64,000 bases of DNA, from IMG/VR virus record IMGVR_UViG_3300030060_001311, positions 1-64,000 of that record. The stretch is one strand, 5' to 3'. Shown one piece after another: positions 48,274 to 58,147 of the stretch (the stretch's first letter is position 1; each line of letters begins with the position of its first letter). This DNA comes from an uncultured virus (IMG/VR IMGVR_UViG_3300030060_001311). Its lineage: Duplodnaviria > Heunggongvirae > Uroviricota > Caudoviricetes. Made by a program: the position numbers and the translations under genes. The notes beneath the pieces are model-generated. The model worked only from the letters and a program-made list of their open reading frames with translations. It did not search any database and was not told the origin of the DNA.

Positions 48274-49307
48274 TATGCAACCTCTGCGTATTTTATAGCT
48301 AAGTCTAGAGCTTTGGCTTTACGATTAGCCGCAGCACCAAACCATGAACTATGTAGAGCATTGCCTTCGGTTACAGACTCACGTAAATGGTCTTCAACGT
48401 AGGTGACAGCATTTAATGCTCCCCACCACGTACCTTTGGCAGACTTCAGGTTTGCACCTGGAGACTGTTCTAGTGCATCAACAGCTAGAAGCGGAAACTT
48501 GTTAAATTTCTCAACAAGAGGTTCTTGCATACCTATCAACTTACCTTCAGCTTTGAGCTGTTGGTCATGTCTATAAGCGGCGATCATATCAGGTTGATAA
48601 ATATCACCAACAAACTCAAGAAACTGAGAATGTTTAGCTTTCTTCTTAGATAGTAAGTTTGCAGCTTCTCTAAACTCTGTCATACGCTCAGCAGATAGCC
48701 CTAGAGCTTCTTCTGCGATCTGTATAACATCGTCATCGAATGCTTTAACGTGTGGCATACGGAAAGACGCTGTCCCGCCATGTTGTAAAGCCATGGTTAA
48801 AGTGTTGTTGCAAACAACTCGAATAGGTGTCAACTTAATAGTCATTGCTCGACCAACGATATGTGGTTGGTTGATAAGCAAATAACCTTTAATAAGGTCG
48901 TCACCCGCTAGTTCGAAGTCTTCTGAGATTTTAGCTAAACCCCAAATTTCTCCACCATCTTTTAAACTACCTGCGGTTTCCATGGTCATATGACCAGCAT
49001 CCGTAAAGCGTTTAAAGAATTTGAATACGTCTTCATTTTGTATAGGGACATAGTCTCTACCACAATGCGATAGTATTCGGTTATCGCTATCTCGAACAAC
49101 GTGGAAGGTATTTTCCGCTTGGATAAGACCAACATCGTCATTCCACTCAGGAGCGTCTATAGTATAACTAGGACGTTTGCTAACTGTCCAGTCTAACTGA
49201 GCCGCTTTCTGCATTTCCGATGGTTTTAGATTCGAATCTACTTCGACACCTAATCCGTGCCAAGGTACATCACCTGTCCAAGCCATCGTTTCTACTTGGT
49301 GTGCCAT
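48273..49307 (-). CDS. DUF932/DUF945-family protein
   Basis: PWHGLG, ETAGSL..G, TPIRVVCNNTL, GT.WGALNAVT.Y.DH; start revised to MAHQVE. Confidence 0.8.
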   Translation of the reverse strand: MAHQVETMAWTGDVPWHGLGVEVDSNLKPSEMQKAAQLDWTVSKRPSYTIDAPEWNDDVGLIQAENTFHVVRDSDNRILSHCGRDYVPIQNEDVFKFFKRFTDAGHMTMETAGSLKDGGEIWGLAKISEDFELAGDDLIKGYLLINQPHIVGRAMTIKLTPIRVVCNNTLTMALQHGGTASFRMPHVKAFDDDVIQIAEEALGLSAERMTEFREAANLLSKKKAKHSQFLEFVGDIYQPDMIAAYRHDQQLKAEGKLIGMQEPLVEKFNKFPLLAVDALEQSPGANLKSAKGTWWGALNAVTYVEDHLRESVTEGNALHSSWFGAAANRKAKALDLAIKYAEVA

Positions 49308-49373
49308 AATTTTCTCCTTTCTAATGTGCATGGCTGCACTGGTTAATCACGTAGCCTATTAGCTACCTTTATC

Positions 49374-49407
49374 ATTATAGGTACGAAAACTACGAAAGTA
49401 AAGCACT
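49374..49407 (-). promoter_or_regulatory. Early-type promoter
   Basis: AGTGCTTTACT-N17-TATAAT. Confidence 0.8.
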
Positions 49408-49779
49408 AGTAAGAGCGTCCCAATCGTAAGGAATCGTAAGAGTCACAAGAGCTTTTGATTTATATCCAGTTTTTACGAGGTCTTGAATACCTGTAAGACT
49501 GTCGATATGGTAGAGCTTAATCTCATCGTTTTTACGAGCCATAACGAAAACTTGACCACCAAACGATGCACGTTTCGCTAACCATGATATTTGCATTGGT
49601 CGTAGAGTAAGAGTATTACCTGAATGTATTTCTTTGAGCTCGATCCAAAACTCTTTACCTTTAGCACACCCGTTGATGTCAGGAACACCTGCTCCTGTCA
49701 TACCTGTTTCAATTCTTTGTAAATGTATATTAGGTAGGTTTGACCTTAACAAGAGCCAAAGATTTTTTTCTTTTGCCAT
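49390..49779 (-). CDS. VRR-NUC/Holliday-junction-resolvase-like PD-(D/E)xK nuclease
   Basis: RIE...GVPD...FWIELK...RP.Q..W. Confidence 0.75.
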   Translation of the reverse strand: MAKEKNLWLLLRSNLPNIHLQRIETGMTGAGVPDINGCAKGKEFWIELKEIHSGNTLTLRPMQISWLAKRASFGGQVFVMARKNDEIKLYHIDSLTGIQDLVKTGYKSKALVTLTIPYDWDALTSALLS

Positions 49780-50416
49780 AATATGTTTTTGTTAAAACAC
49801 TCCACTTTCTTTCACGCCACCATCTATTTTTACGATGTCTATTTAAATTATGTCTTCTATGCCACCAAGTATTCGGATCCATTCTTAATTTATGTGCTAA
49901 CGGATCTGGTTTGTACTGAGAGCCGTCTGCATATTTTGCTGGTGTTTGTTCTTCGCGTAATACACGTTCGAGCCACTCCATATCTTCTTCTACATAAGGC
50001 TCATCGGTCGCCAAATATTCTATATGGTTTAAAACATCATTATCTATAACCGCTTCATCGTAAGAACATTGACACCATATTTGATAATGGTTATATCCAC
50101 TGGTAGAAGTAGAATTTTTTCTTTTACCCGAGCCATAAGTTGACATAGGGTCTTTATGGTCTTCATATATTTTTTGTTGTCTACATTCTTTAGAACAATA
50201 ATTTAATAATCCTGATTGACTTTTAAAAAACTCAACTGAACAATTTACACAAGATCGAGGAGCTTCTACGGGTGCTCGTTTACCTTCGGCGTTATGAAAC
50301 GTATCGGAACATTTTTTACTACAAAACTTTCGTCTTTGTCCGTATAAAGGGTTTGAACATACCTTACAATTTCCATTGGTTTGTATTGATATTACTGTAG
50401 CACTTGTTAAAAACAT
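49730..50416 (-). CDS. Protein with two treble-clef Zn fingers
   Basis: CKVC...KFCSKKC; CVNC...YCSKEC. Confidence 0.55.
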   Translation of the reverse strand: MFLTSATVISIQTNGNCKVCSNPLYGQRRKFCSKKCSDTFHNAEGKRAPVEAPRSCVNCSVEFFKSQSGLLNYCSKECRQQKIYEDHKDPMSTYGSGKRKNSTSTSGYNHYQIWCQCSYDEAVIDNDVLNHIEYLATDEPYVEEDMEWLERVLREEQTPAKYADGSQYKPDPLAHKLRMDPNTWWHRRHNLNRHRKNRWWRERKWSVLTKTYYGKRKKSLALVKVKPT

Positions 50417-50459
50417 ACCTTAAATATAAAAGGCATTTTTAACAAAGTAAAGCACTCCT

Positions 50460-50804
50460 CTAGGCTGACCAGTCCCAACCAGTATGAGGAGCAGTTTTTT
50501 GATTATCTTTAGCAATTTTTATATCGCGTTCTTTTAACCACTCATCGAAAGCGTCTCTAGTTTGATCTATATCACCATGCATTGTTTTTAATTCAGACCA
50601 TACACTACGAGCCACTTGAGTTCCATAGTAATAATCTCCGTCACCAAGTTTACAACGTGTAATAATTTGCCATACTCGTTGTTTTGTTAAATTGTAATCC
50701 TTGCCTAGTTGTTCTAAGGTAGTAGAGTCAGTAGACCATTGTTCGTACATCTTTCTATACCTAATCGAGTTTTCTTTAGCTTTTTCTTGTGAGATACCTT
50801 TCAT
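50460..50804 (-). CDS. Sigma70-region-4-like HTH protein
   Basis: TLEQLGKDYNLTKQRVWQII; start revised to MKGISQ. Confidence 0.65.
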   Translation of the reverse strand: MKGISQEKAKENSIRYRKMYEQWSTDSTTLEQLGKDYNLTKQRVWQIITRCKLGDGDYYYGTQVARSVWSELKTMHGDIDQTRDAFDEWLKERDIKIAKDNQKTAPHTGWDWSA

Positions 50805-52666
50805 TTTATTTCCTTTGTTTCGCCCCATGAACTACCAAGTTCCTTATCCACTAGCAGGGGTACTGCAAGTTCTACACAAGTTTCCATTATTTCTGTAATC
50901 TTGTTAGCTTGTTCAGTGTTCTCTACTGAGATATCAACCTCATCGTGGACTTGTAGGTGAGGAACAATTCCTTCCTCCCACAGACCGAGCATAGCTAACT
51001 TCGTCATGTCAGCAGCCGATCCTTGAATCAATCGATTCAGAGCCTTATATGTATATGATCTTTTTAAATTATCACCGTATTTTTCTTGTGCTTCTTCGTA
51101 CGGTAGAGGTAGAGTTCGTTCATATCTATCTTCCCATAGATTAAACCTACAACGCCTACCTGCAAACGTTCGTATATAGCCACGTTCCATGGCTACCCTT
51201 GCACACTGATCTTGTAACCCTCTTATAAAAGGAACTTTATCATGATACTGCTGAAATAAAATCTCAGCTTCTGTATCATCTATACCTAGTTCATTAATAA
51301 GTTTTTCTTTTCCCATTCCATAACTAAGTCCTAAATTAATCGTCTTAGCTTGTTTACGCGGTATGTTAGCCATATCTGCAACGATCTGGTGAAAGTCCGC
51401 ATTCTTTTCTGTGTACTCCTTCACAGCATCTTTAGCTCCTGTTAAGTTCATTCGATCAGCATAATGAACTGTAAGTCTAGGTTCTTGTTGTGAATAATCG
51501 AACACACCCCACTGACAACCGTCCTCTGGGATAAACAAAGAGCGTATTAAATTACCGATCTCTGGATCTCTTGCAGGAACTTGTTGTAGATTAGGATTGC
51601 TATAACTAAATCGACCACTAACCGTGCCTCCACGATCGTTACGCATAGCATGAGCCTCTGCATGTATACGACCATTGAAACAATGTTCTTTAATCATTTT
51701 ATCAATAAATGTAGTTCTAGCTTTATTAAGTTTCCTTGCTCGAACAATAAGTTGTGGTAACTCGTGTTCGTGTCCTTCTAACCAGTCTTTTTGAAAACTA
51801 GCCATACCTTTTGCAGTTCTAGGAAACCATATATTGTTCTTTTCGAAAATATCTTGTAACGATGCATTAGCCCATAGATTAACTTCTGCACCATATTTAC
51901 GTTTTATCTCGACCTGTAGCTTTTGTTCTTCTAATGATAACTTTTTACTAACATCATCAGCTTTTTGTTCATCAATACGAACACCTCGCCGCCGCATTTC
52001 TAATAGTAGAGGAATAAGTCGGCATTCCATGTCGAGTATTTTTTCTAACCCTTGTTCTTGAACTTCGATCTTTAATTTTTGCCAAAGTTTTAGAGTTAGT
52101 GCTGCATCTTGTTCACCATAAGGTCCAACGAACTTAGAAGGTAGTTTATACATTTCTGATTTAGGATTTACCCCAAACGATAAAGCAGCATTTTGTAATA
52201 ACGATTCATCTTTCTTTTCGTTACAGTAAAACTCACCGAGGTTATCTAAAGAATAAGAATACCTATTCTCGTTTACTAAGGGAGCCGCTACGATCGTATC
52301 TAAAATTTTACCACCTACGTCTACTCCTTCTTTACGGAGCCACCCTACGTCGTATAAGGCGTTATGAAATATAACGTCTCGTTTTTCCGATGCTAGAGTG
52401 TTGCGTAACCAACGTAATACAATATCTTCATCAAGATTACCTCCGCCTTGATGACGGATTGGGAAGTAACCTTTCCACCCTTCTGTCGCAACACCAACAC
52501 CCACGATATGTCCACGACCTGTAGCCCATCCTGGACCACAAGTCATAAGATGTGGATCGTAAGTTTCTAAGTCTACAGCTATTGTTTCTGTCTCAGAAAA
52601 CTGAGGAAAAACTTCTGGAATAGACCAGTCACTTGTTGGAGCAAACATAGGGTTTTGTAAAATCAC
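50801..52666 (-). CDS. polA: Family A DNA polymerase with 3'-5' exonuclease
   Basis: DLET, HNA.YD exo motifs; DYSQQEPR (A), KTINLGLSYG (B), QVHDE (C). Confidence 0.95.
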   Translation of the reverse strand: MILQNPMFAPTSDWSIPEVFPQFSETETIAVDLETYDPHLMTCGPGWATGRGHIVGVGVATEGWKGYFPIRHQGGGNLDEDIVLRWLRNTLASEKRDVIFHNALYDVGWLRKEGVDVGGKILDTIVAAPLVNENRYSYSLDNLGEFYCNEKKDESLLQNAALSFGVNPKSEMYKLPSKFVGPYGEQDAALTLKLWQKLKIEVQEQGLEKILDMECRLIPLLLEMRRRGVRIDEQKADDVSKKLSLEEQKLQVEIKRKYGAEVNLWANASLQDIFEKNNIWFPRTAKGMASFQKDWLEGHEHELPQLIVRARKLNKARTTFIDKMIKEHCFNGRIHAEAHAMRNDRGGTVSGRFSYSNPNLQQVPARDPEIGNLIRSLFIPEDGCQWGVFDYSQQEPRLTVHYADRMNLTGAKDAVKEYTEKNADFHQIVADMANIPRKQAKTINLGLSYGMGKEKLINELGIDDTEAEILFQQYHDKVPFIRGLQDQCARVAMERGYIRTFAGRRCRFNLWEDRYERTLPLPYEEAQEKYGDNLKRSYTYKALNRLIQGSAADMTKLAMLGLWEEGIVPHLQVHDEVDISVENTEQANKITEIMETCVELAVPLLVDKELGSSWGETKEIK

Positions 52667-53019
52667 TTTTTCTTGCTATAAGTAATTACCTTAGTTTTCT
52701 TTGCTGTTGGCTTTTTAGCTTTTGCCTTTTTTGTAGGTGCTTTACCGCCTTCCCAAGCTTCGTTAATATCTGGAGTAGATTTATCGTCTGCGACATATCT
52801 ACCCTTTTTAGTCCTTGCTCGTTTAGGTGCTTTTTTAGATACTTCATAAAGTTTTTTAACTTCGAGTTCTTTATCAAACTTTTCTAAAACAACTTCAGCA
52901 TCTTTAATTGCTTTTTCTAGAACTTCTTCCTTTACAGCTTTCTTAGGTTGTAGTTCTTCCTTTGGTAACGGTGTAAAAAATTTAAGAACTTTTTTCCACC
53001 AACTATCTACCTTACTCAT
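52663..53019 (-). CDS. Basic conserved phage protein
   Basis: RARTKKGRYVADDKSTPDINEAW motif. Confidence 0.55.
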   Translation of the reverse strand: MSKVDSWWKKVLKFFTPLPKEELQPKKAVKEEVLEKAIKDAEVVLEKFDKELEVKKLYEVSKKAPKRARTKKGRYVADDKSTPDINEAWEGGKAPTKKAKAKKPTAKKTKVITYSKKK

Positions 53020-53375
53020 TAATAATCCTCCTTGCCGTCTTCAGCAGCATAATTAACATCTTCAGCTTCAACATAAGTTTCACTGACCTCATTAGTATTA
53101 GCTAAAATATATTCTTCAACTAATAATAAATATCTACGTAAGTCTCGAATATCATCGAGTAGACCTGCCTCACCTTTGTAGACCTCACCTGCTTCGAAAA
53201 CATCCCACCCGTGCTTTTCAGACTGGTGTTCTATACGATCGAACTTACGTGCCAACATCATAAAAGCACCTACACCTCCACGACGTCTCCAAGAATCACC
53301 GTACGAAGTCTCTGCTCGTTTAAGAGCTTCAAGATCGTTTTGGGCAACTTCTTTCATATTTTCCCATTTGCTCAT
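53019..53375 (-). CDS. Nucleotide-modification-associated (Nmad1-like) all-alpha pyrophosphatase-fold protein
   Basis: YGDSW..RG..G....ARK.DR...DDI.DL.RY. Confidence 0.6.
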   Translation of the reverse strand: MSKWENMKEVAQNDLEALKRAETSYGDSWRRRGGVGAFMMLARKFDRIEHQSEKHGWDVFEAGEVYKGEAGLLDDIRDLRRYLLLVEEYILANTNEVSETYVEAEDVNYAAEDGKEDY

Positions 53376-54463
53376 TTATTTTCTCCTATTTCCGCATTGT
53401 TTAAAGTATAGGCAGTGTCTCTTTTGCGGATCCAATCAAAACAAGCCTCCATCCAGTCGCGAGATTTTATTTTTTGAACCTCTCGATAAGAATTTAAATA
53501 ATCTTTTTGTTTATGATAATAAAAAGCTTTAACCATAGGAATAGCTACATTTGGAAAAATATTGTTTCTCCAGTCAATATCATCGGTTTTTTCTATAATT
53601 TGTTTTGAGTCATACCTAAAAGAATCGAAGTAATCAAAAAAGAATCTAACTTCTCTATTAAAAGAATCAATATCATCAACAATAGGTACAGGTTCATACT
53701 CATCTACCAGATCATAATGATTTTTTATATATTTATAAGTATAAACATTTAATTCAAGGTCTTTAACTTTTTTCCATACAGGAGTATTAGGATAGATATG
53801 AAAACTATCGCTAATTTGAGTATAGTCTCCCATCGGTAGATTTAGATTAGTAGCAATAAATTCTTGTAACATAGACATATGTACAACGTTTGCACCATAA
53901 GCCCCCCAAAGCATATCATTAGAACGATTACAAACAGTCATACATAGTTTGCCATCACGTACCTTAAAATAAATATTCGTATTACAAGGCACATCTTTTC
54001 TTTCAATCTTTTTATTACATGTTCTTGCTAAATCGTCTTTCGGATCCCACATCTGTAAAACTGCTCGTCTTTCATAAGGATTATCTTTTAATAACCCAAT
54101 AATTGCATCGATCTGATCTTTATTCCAATAACTTCTCCATCGCCAACCGTAAGCCCCCCATAAAGTTTTGCCATCGTCTGAAAAATCTTCCATAGATTTA
54201 ACAAAATAGGTTAGTGGTTCTAGGTCGTTACGACCATCGAGCATCCATAGCCCCTCTATAAAATGAAAAAACGGATTAGCATCTCGTTGTTTGATTAAAC
54301 AAACTCTTTCCCAAGGTTTTTTATAAATCGTAGTTACTGGTGTATTAGCTTCATAAGTTACACCATTGCGGCTTTCTTGTACCCTGTATTCGGTAGGGTC
54401 TTGAAATAAATCGATACCTCTTTCTAACGCGTCGTTTACGTTTCTTACATTAATTACTTTCAT
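53372..54463 (-). CDS. Thymidylate-synthase homologue, probable dUMP hydroxymethylase
   Basis: RDANPFF, GAYG.R, catalytic PCN, NRSND.LWGAYGAN (Asn indicates dUMP specificity), SFHIY. Confidence 0.8.
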   Translation of the reverse strand: MKVINVRNVNDALERGIDLFQDPTEYRVQESRNGVTYEANTPVTTIYKKPWERVCLIKQRDANPFFHFIEGLWMLDGRNDLEPLTYFVKSMEDFSDDGKTLWGAYGWRWRSYWNKDQIDAIIGLLKDNPYERRAVLQMWDPKDDLARTCNKKIERKDVPCNTNIYFKVRDGKLCMTVCNRSNDMLWGAYGANVVHMSMLQEFIATNLNLPMGDYTQISDSFHIYPNTPVWKKVKDLELNVYTYKYIKNHYDLVDEYEPVPIVDDIDSFNREVRFFFDYFDSFRYDSKQIIEKTDDIDWRNNIFPNVAIPMVKAFYYHKQKDYLNSYREVQKIKSRDWMEACFDWIRKRDTAYTLNNAEIGENK

Positions 54464-54681
54464 AAAGTATCTTGATAGCCTCCTACAATTTCGCTAATAA
54501 CATAACGTATATCGTCATGACTTAACATCGGAAGTTTTCTTTTTATAAAAGCTATTGCAATTCGTTCATCTGCGGCTACTTTTAAAAAGAACGAAACTTC
54601 TAAAAACTGTGTGTAATGTATATCTATTACATCACCATACTCTTCTAATAACGTTATCGCTCTATCGCTCATTCTACCCAT
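54460..54681 (-). CDS. Hypothetical protein in modification cassette
   Basis: 73-aa ORF overlapping both neighbours. Confidence 0.55.
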   Translation of the reverse strand: MGRMSDRAITLLEEYGDVIDIHYTQFLEVSFFLKVAADERIAIAFIKRKLPMLSHDDIRYVISEIVGGYQDTL

Positions 54682-55600
54682 ACTTACTTTCTCCTTCTTC
54701 TAAATCTTCTATCATTGGAAGATTATTATGTTTATAAACTGATCTTGTTCTGCCTTCTTTTTTATATATTCGAGAATATTTATCAAACTCACATAAACCG
54801 CCTTCTATTTCACGCATTTCATAATTAAAACCATTTCTAAAAATAATAGACGGCGGTAATCTTTTCTTAACTTGCTCAAATAAATCTTGCATTTCTTCAC
54901 ACCACGGATGACTTTTACGACAATAATCTAATGGTCGTCCTGTTAAACGATTTAATCCTCGCATGGCTCCTGGACCAGCATTAGCCCATGTCATAATATC
55001 TTTTGCATTTTCTAATAAATAAGTGTGTCTTAAATCAGTAACAACTTCATACGCCATGAAAGGTCCCATGTAAGGATAATCTCTAAGAATCACCCAAGCT
55101 TCTTCTAATGAAGCTTCATCTTTAGCTAGAGACTCGTGCAGTCTAGATAAAATAGATTCTTTAGCTTTCCATATATGTGAAATACACTCAGCGACTCCTG
55201 TTACTTTATCCATACCGTTTGGTGTTTTAATAATATAAGCACCTGTAATCCATTTAGGTTGTTTAGTTATAATACTAATTGCTTTCTTTCTGTTCCATCT
55301 TTTTAACAAATCGTAATTTATTAATGTTCTCCCTGTTTCTATTAAATTAAACCAACGAAATATAATCGTAGCCATAAGAACATCTTCATCGTTTCGCATC
55401 GGCTCTCTTATATGCGTTCTAAACCAACGTGTTGTACGATCATCTTCTCTAAACACTTGGCAAAACTTGAATTCCTGCAGAATTGGATCATCGGTCCAAG
55501 GAGAAGGAAGAAGCTGTGCTTCTTTTTTATAACGTATTGACTCACGTTCAGTTTGCCAATAACAATAACGATCCAACTCTGCTGGAATAAACTCAGTCAT
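54674..55600 (-). CDS. aGPT-Pplase1 / 5-hmdU DNA kinase helical-domain protein
   Basis: PWTDDPIL..FKFC.VFREDDRTT, FR.FN...T, G.F.AYE...DL, GPGA.RGL, E..LCEFDKY. Confidence 0.8.
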   Translation of the reverse strand: MTEFIPAELDRYCYWQTERESIRYKKEAQLLPSPWTDDPILQEFKFCQVFREDDRTTRWFRTHIREPMRNDEDVLMATIIFRWFNLIETGRTLINYDLLKRWNRKKAISIITKQPKWITGAYIIKTPNGMDKVTGVAECISHIWKAKESILSRLHESLAKDEASLEEAWVILRDYPYMGPFMAYEVVTDLRHTYLLENAKDIMTWANAGPGAMRGLNRLTGRPLDYCRKSHPWCEEMQDLFEQVKKRLPPSIIFRNGFNYEMREIEGGLCEFDKYSRIYKKEGRTRSVYKHNNLPMIEDLEEGESKYG

Positions 55601-56442
55601 TACTTTTTACGCAACACCCAAGAACAATTATTAGCGACTTCAGGATAAAACGTAGCGGCAACAACTCGTAAAAACTGTCTACCGTATCGGTTTTGTAGTT
55701 TATGAAACTGTTCGGGCGTCCACCCTGTTTCAGAATCTTCTTTCATCGCTTTCTTTAAATTAGGTAATTGTATAAACGTTCCTGTAACATCTATTATCTC
55801 GAAGTTTCTTTCTAGTTCTTCTTTTAGTTCTTGAAAACCCCACTCGTAAATATGATCCTCAGGTAGCTTGTCGTTAGAACCATCGTGGTTAGGAGTAGAT
55901 ACAAAAGCTAAACCGTTCGGTCTTATAACTCTAGTCGCATCGTCTAACCATGCCGCAATAAACTCTCTACCCATGTGTTCTATAACTTCGGTCGTCCAGA
56001 AAAAATCTACGCTTTCATCTGCTAGTTTAAATACGGGATCAACAGTCAAGTCTTGTATACGTATTTCACCGTTAAAGTTCTGAAACCACGTAGAATCAGC
56101 TAACTCACCACCTGCGTTAGACCAAAAAGGATTTTCTAACTCACAAGCAGGATCAATATCGTAACCATAATATGATCTAATAATATCTGATTTTTTAACA
56201 ACGTATGCTTTATAAAGATTTCTGAGAGTCCAACACTCACCGCAACCAACTTCAAACGTATCAAGAGGTCGTCCTAGTCGTTTAGCTTCAGCTATACACA
56301 TAGAAGCAATTTTATCGAACCGACTCATATGAGCTATCTCATCAGGTCGCCAATTTGCTAATACACCTGCACTAGCTATATCCATTCTTGTATTTTTACT
56401 ATCGTTTTCATTGACAGTAAGTTTCTTTCTTATCGATGACAT
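55600..56442 (-). CDS. Class I SAM-dependent methyltransferase
   Basis: EVGCG, GYDID, TEVIEHM, RPNG...VSTPN. Confidence 0.8.
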   Translation of the reverse strand: MSSIRKKLTVNENDSKNTRMDIASAGVLANWRPDEIAHMSRFDKIASMCIAEAKRLGRPLDTFEVGCGECWTLRNLYKAYVVKKSDIIRSYYGYDIDPACELENPFWSNAGGELADSTWFQNFNGEIRIQDLTVDPVFKLADESVDFFWTTEVIEHMGREFIAAWLDDATRVIRPNGLAFVSTPNHDGSNDKLPEDHIYEWGFQELKEELERNFEIIDVTGTFIQLPNLKKAMKEDSETGWTPEQFHKLQNRYGRQFLRVVAATFYPEVANNCSWVLRKK

Positions 56443-56469
56443 TTATTTTCCTCCGTAATTATAAATACC

Positions 56470-56504
56470 TTTATACTTTACTTTAGTGTGCAAAGTAAAG
56501 CACT
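56470..56504 (-). promoter_or_regulatory. Early-type promoter heading the modification cassette, with internal inverted repeat
   Basis: AGTGCTTTACT-N18-TATAAA; ctttacttt-N7-aaagtaaag. Confidence 0.65.
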
Positions 56505-56505
56505 T

Positions 56506-58002
56506 CTAGATTTGATAGCAGCGTGTTGTTTTTGGCTCAATCAAATATAAATTTTCTTTTGATCTTGTAATCCCTACATAAAAAACTCTATTTTCTTCGT
56601 CTGGATTTTTTTGATAATTTTTATAAACTCTTGTAGTTATGTCTGTTAAAAGAACAACATTGGTAGATTCTCCACCTTTTGCAGCATGAATCGTAGATAG
56701 TTTTATTCGTGGTTGTTTAGTTATTTTTTCTCCACGTCTTAACATAGCCCTTACATAACTAATTTCTTTAGCACTTAATAAGGTAAAAACATCGTACCAA
56801 CGACCTTCAGGCAAGTCAGGAAAATGACTTTTAAGATCTTCGTATTGCAGTATTAAATCTGTATCTAATAAATCTAGTTTCTTTGGTGTTTGTACTTTTA
56901 CATATTTTAAAATATTTGCACATTCAGCCAATGTAATAGTCTCGCCTTTTAGTAATCTTTCCCAATAAATAACAGCTCTTACTTTTGCTTCTGATATACT
57001 AGGTCTGCCTTTTACTTCAAAAAACCATCCTTCATTCCTACAATACTCATCAACGTCTTCTAATAAATAATTTGTTCTAGCTAATACTAACCATTCACCT
57101 TGATCCATATTAATTAATTCAATCGTCGGTTCCCACCGTACCATACCTTCTTCTTTTCTAGGTTCCCATTCTTTATAAATACGTGAGCCAACTTGTCCTA
57201 TACATTGACTAGCCACTTTATGCACTGAAGACGGAACTCTATACGACTGTTTTAACACCATTGCGTCTGTTGAGTTATCAATTAGATAATCTACATCGGC
57301 TCCTGCCCAACGATAAATAGCTTGGTCGTCATCTCCTGCTACATAAATTTTGTTGGCTTTTTCTGCTAACTTACGTACGACCGCCCATTGCAAAGGAGAA
57401 AGATCTTGTGCCTCATCTACAAACATAACATCTAATTTAGGAATATCACCGTCAACTAAAAAATTTTGTAACATATCTGTATAGTCAACAAGCAATCGAT
57501 CTTCTTTAAATAATTTTAATCCTCTAGCAAAACGTTCTAACTCAAACCAACCGACTGCATCTTCAACCTCATGCCATTGTTCTTTTAAAGATACGTTTCT
57601 CATCCTAGCAAGGTTTTCTATAAACGCAAGACGATCATCATGCGTCATACCAAATAAATGTCCGTCATCAGAAGTTGTCCTACCTGTAAGTTTTAAATTA
57701 AGTTTTTCATTTAAATCAGATATATCTGAATTACTTACTACACTTTCTCTAGTAAGTCCTAGTTGTCTAAAAGCCAATGAATGTAATGTACGGAAAAAAG
57801 GTAGTTGTTTATTAGTAATACTAAAACGACTCATGGCTCTTTCTTTACCCTCGTTTACTGCTTTTTTAGTAAACGTAAAGAAACCAATACGTTCAGGTTC
57901 AGTGCCGTTTTCTAATTCGTCTTCTATTAAACCAAGAAGTGTACTGGTTTTTCCTGTTCCTGGAGGTCCAAGAATCACTTGCGTATGGCTAGGTAAGGTC
58001 AT
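56506..58002 (-). CDS. UvrD/Rep-like SF1 helicase
   Basis: GPPGTGKT, VDEAQD, GDDDQAIY, STIHAAKGGE, YVGITR. Confidence 0.9.
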   Translation of the reverse strand: MTLPSHTQVILGPPGTGKTSTLLGLIEDELENGTEPERIGFFTFTKKAVNEGKERAMSRFSITNKQLPFFRTLHSLAFRQLGLTRESVVSNSDISDLNEKLNLKLTGRTTSDDGHLFGMTHDDRLAFIENLARMRNVSLKEQWHEVEDAVGWFELERFARGLKLFKEDRLLVDYTDMLQNFLVDGDIPKLDVMFVDEAQDLSPLQWAVVRKLAEKANKIYVAGDDDQAIYRWAGADVDYLIDNSTDAMVLKQSYRVPSSVHKVASQCIGQVGSRIYKEWEPRKEEGMVRWEPTIELINMDQGEWLVLARTNYLLEDVDEYCRNEGWFFEVKGRPSISEAKVRAVIYWERLLKGETITLAECANILKYVKVQTPKKLDLLDTDLILQYEDLKSHFPDLPEGRWYDVFTLLSAKEISYVRAMLRRGEKITKQPRIKLSTIHAAKGGESTNVVLLTDITTRVYKNYQKNPDEENRVFYVGITRSKENLYLIEPKTTRCYQI

Positions 58003-58147
58003 CTTCTTCCTTTGGTAAATATACTATTACTTCTGATTTGCATTTTGGACAACTTAAATTAGTTTCCATAATGTATTCATAATTCTCATCTTCTATGTCG
58101 TGATCACCGCCCCATGTTAAAGGTGTTTTACAGTGCCAACAATTCAT
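57989..58147 (-). CDS. Small Zn-ribbon protein (52 aa), not in ORF track
   Basis: MNCWHC...LSCPKC; ATGA overlap with upstream gene. Confidence 0.6.
   Translation of the reverse strand: MNCWHCKTPLTWGGDHDIEDENYEYIMETNLSCPKCKSEVIVYLPKEEDDLT

Noticed and set aside
23882..52877. Same-strand nested ORFs (23882, 29056, 41148, 41397, 52686)
   Set aside because: Alternative-frame by-products lacking RBS; 41148..41372 spans a promoter/terminator gap
53372..54463. Ordinary thyA or dCMP hydroxymethylase
   Set aside because: Specificity residue is Asn, not Asp; sequence and neighbours fit phage dUMP hydroxymethylases, although dTMP synthesis is not formally excluded
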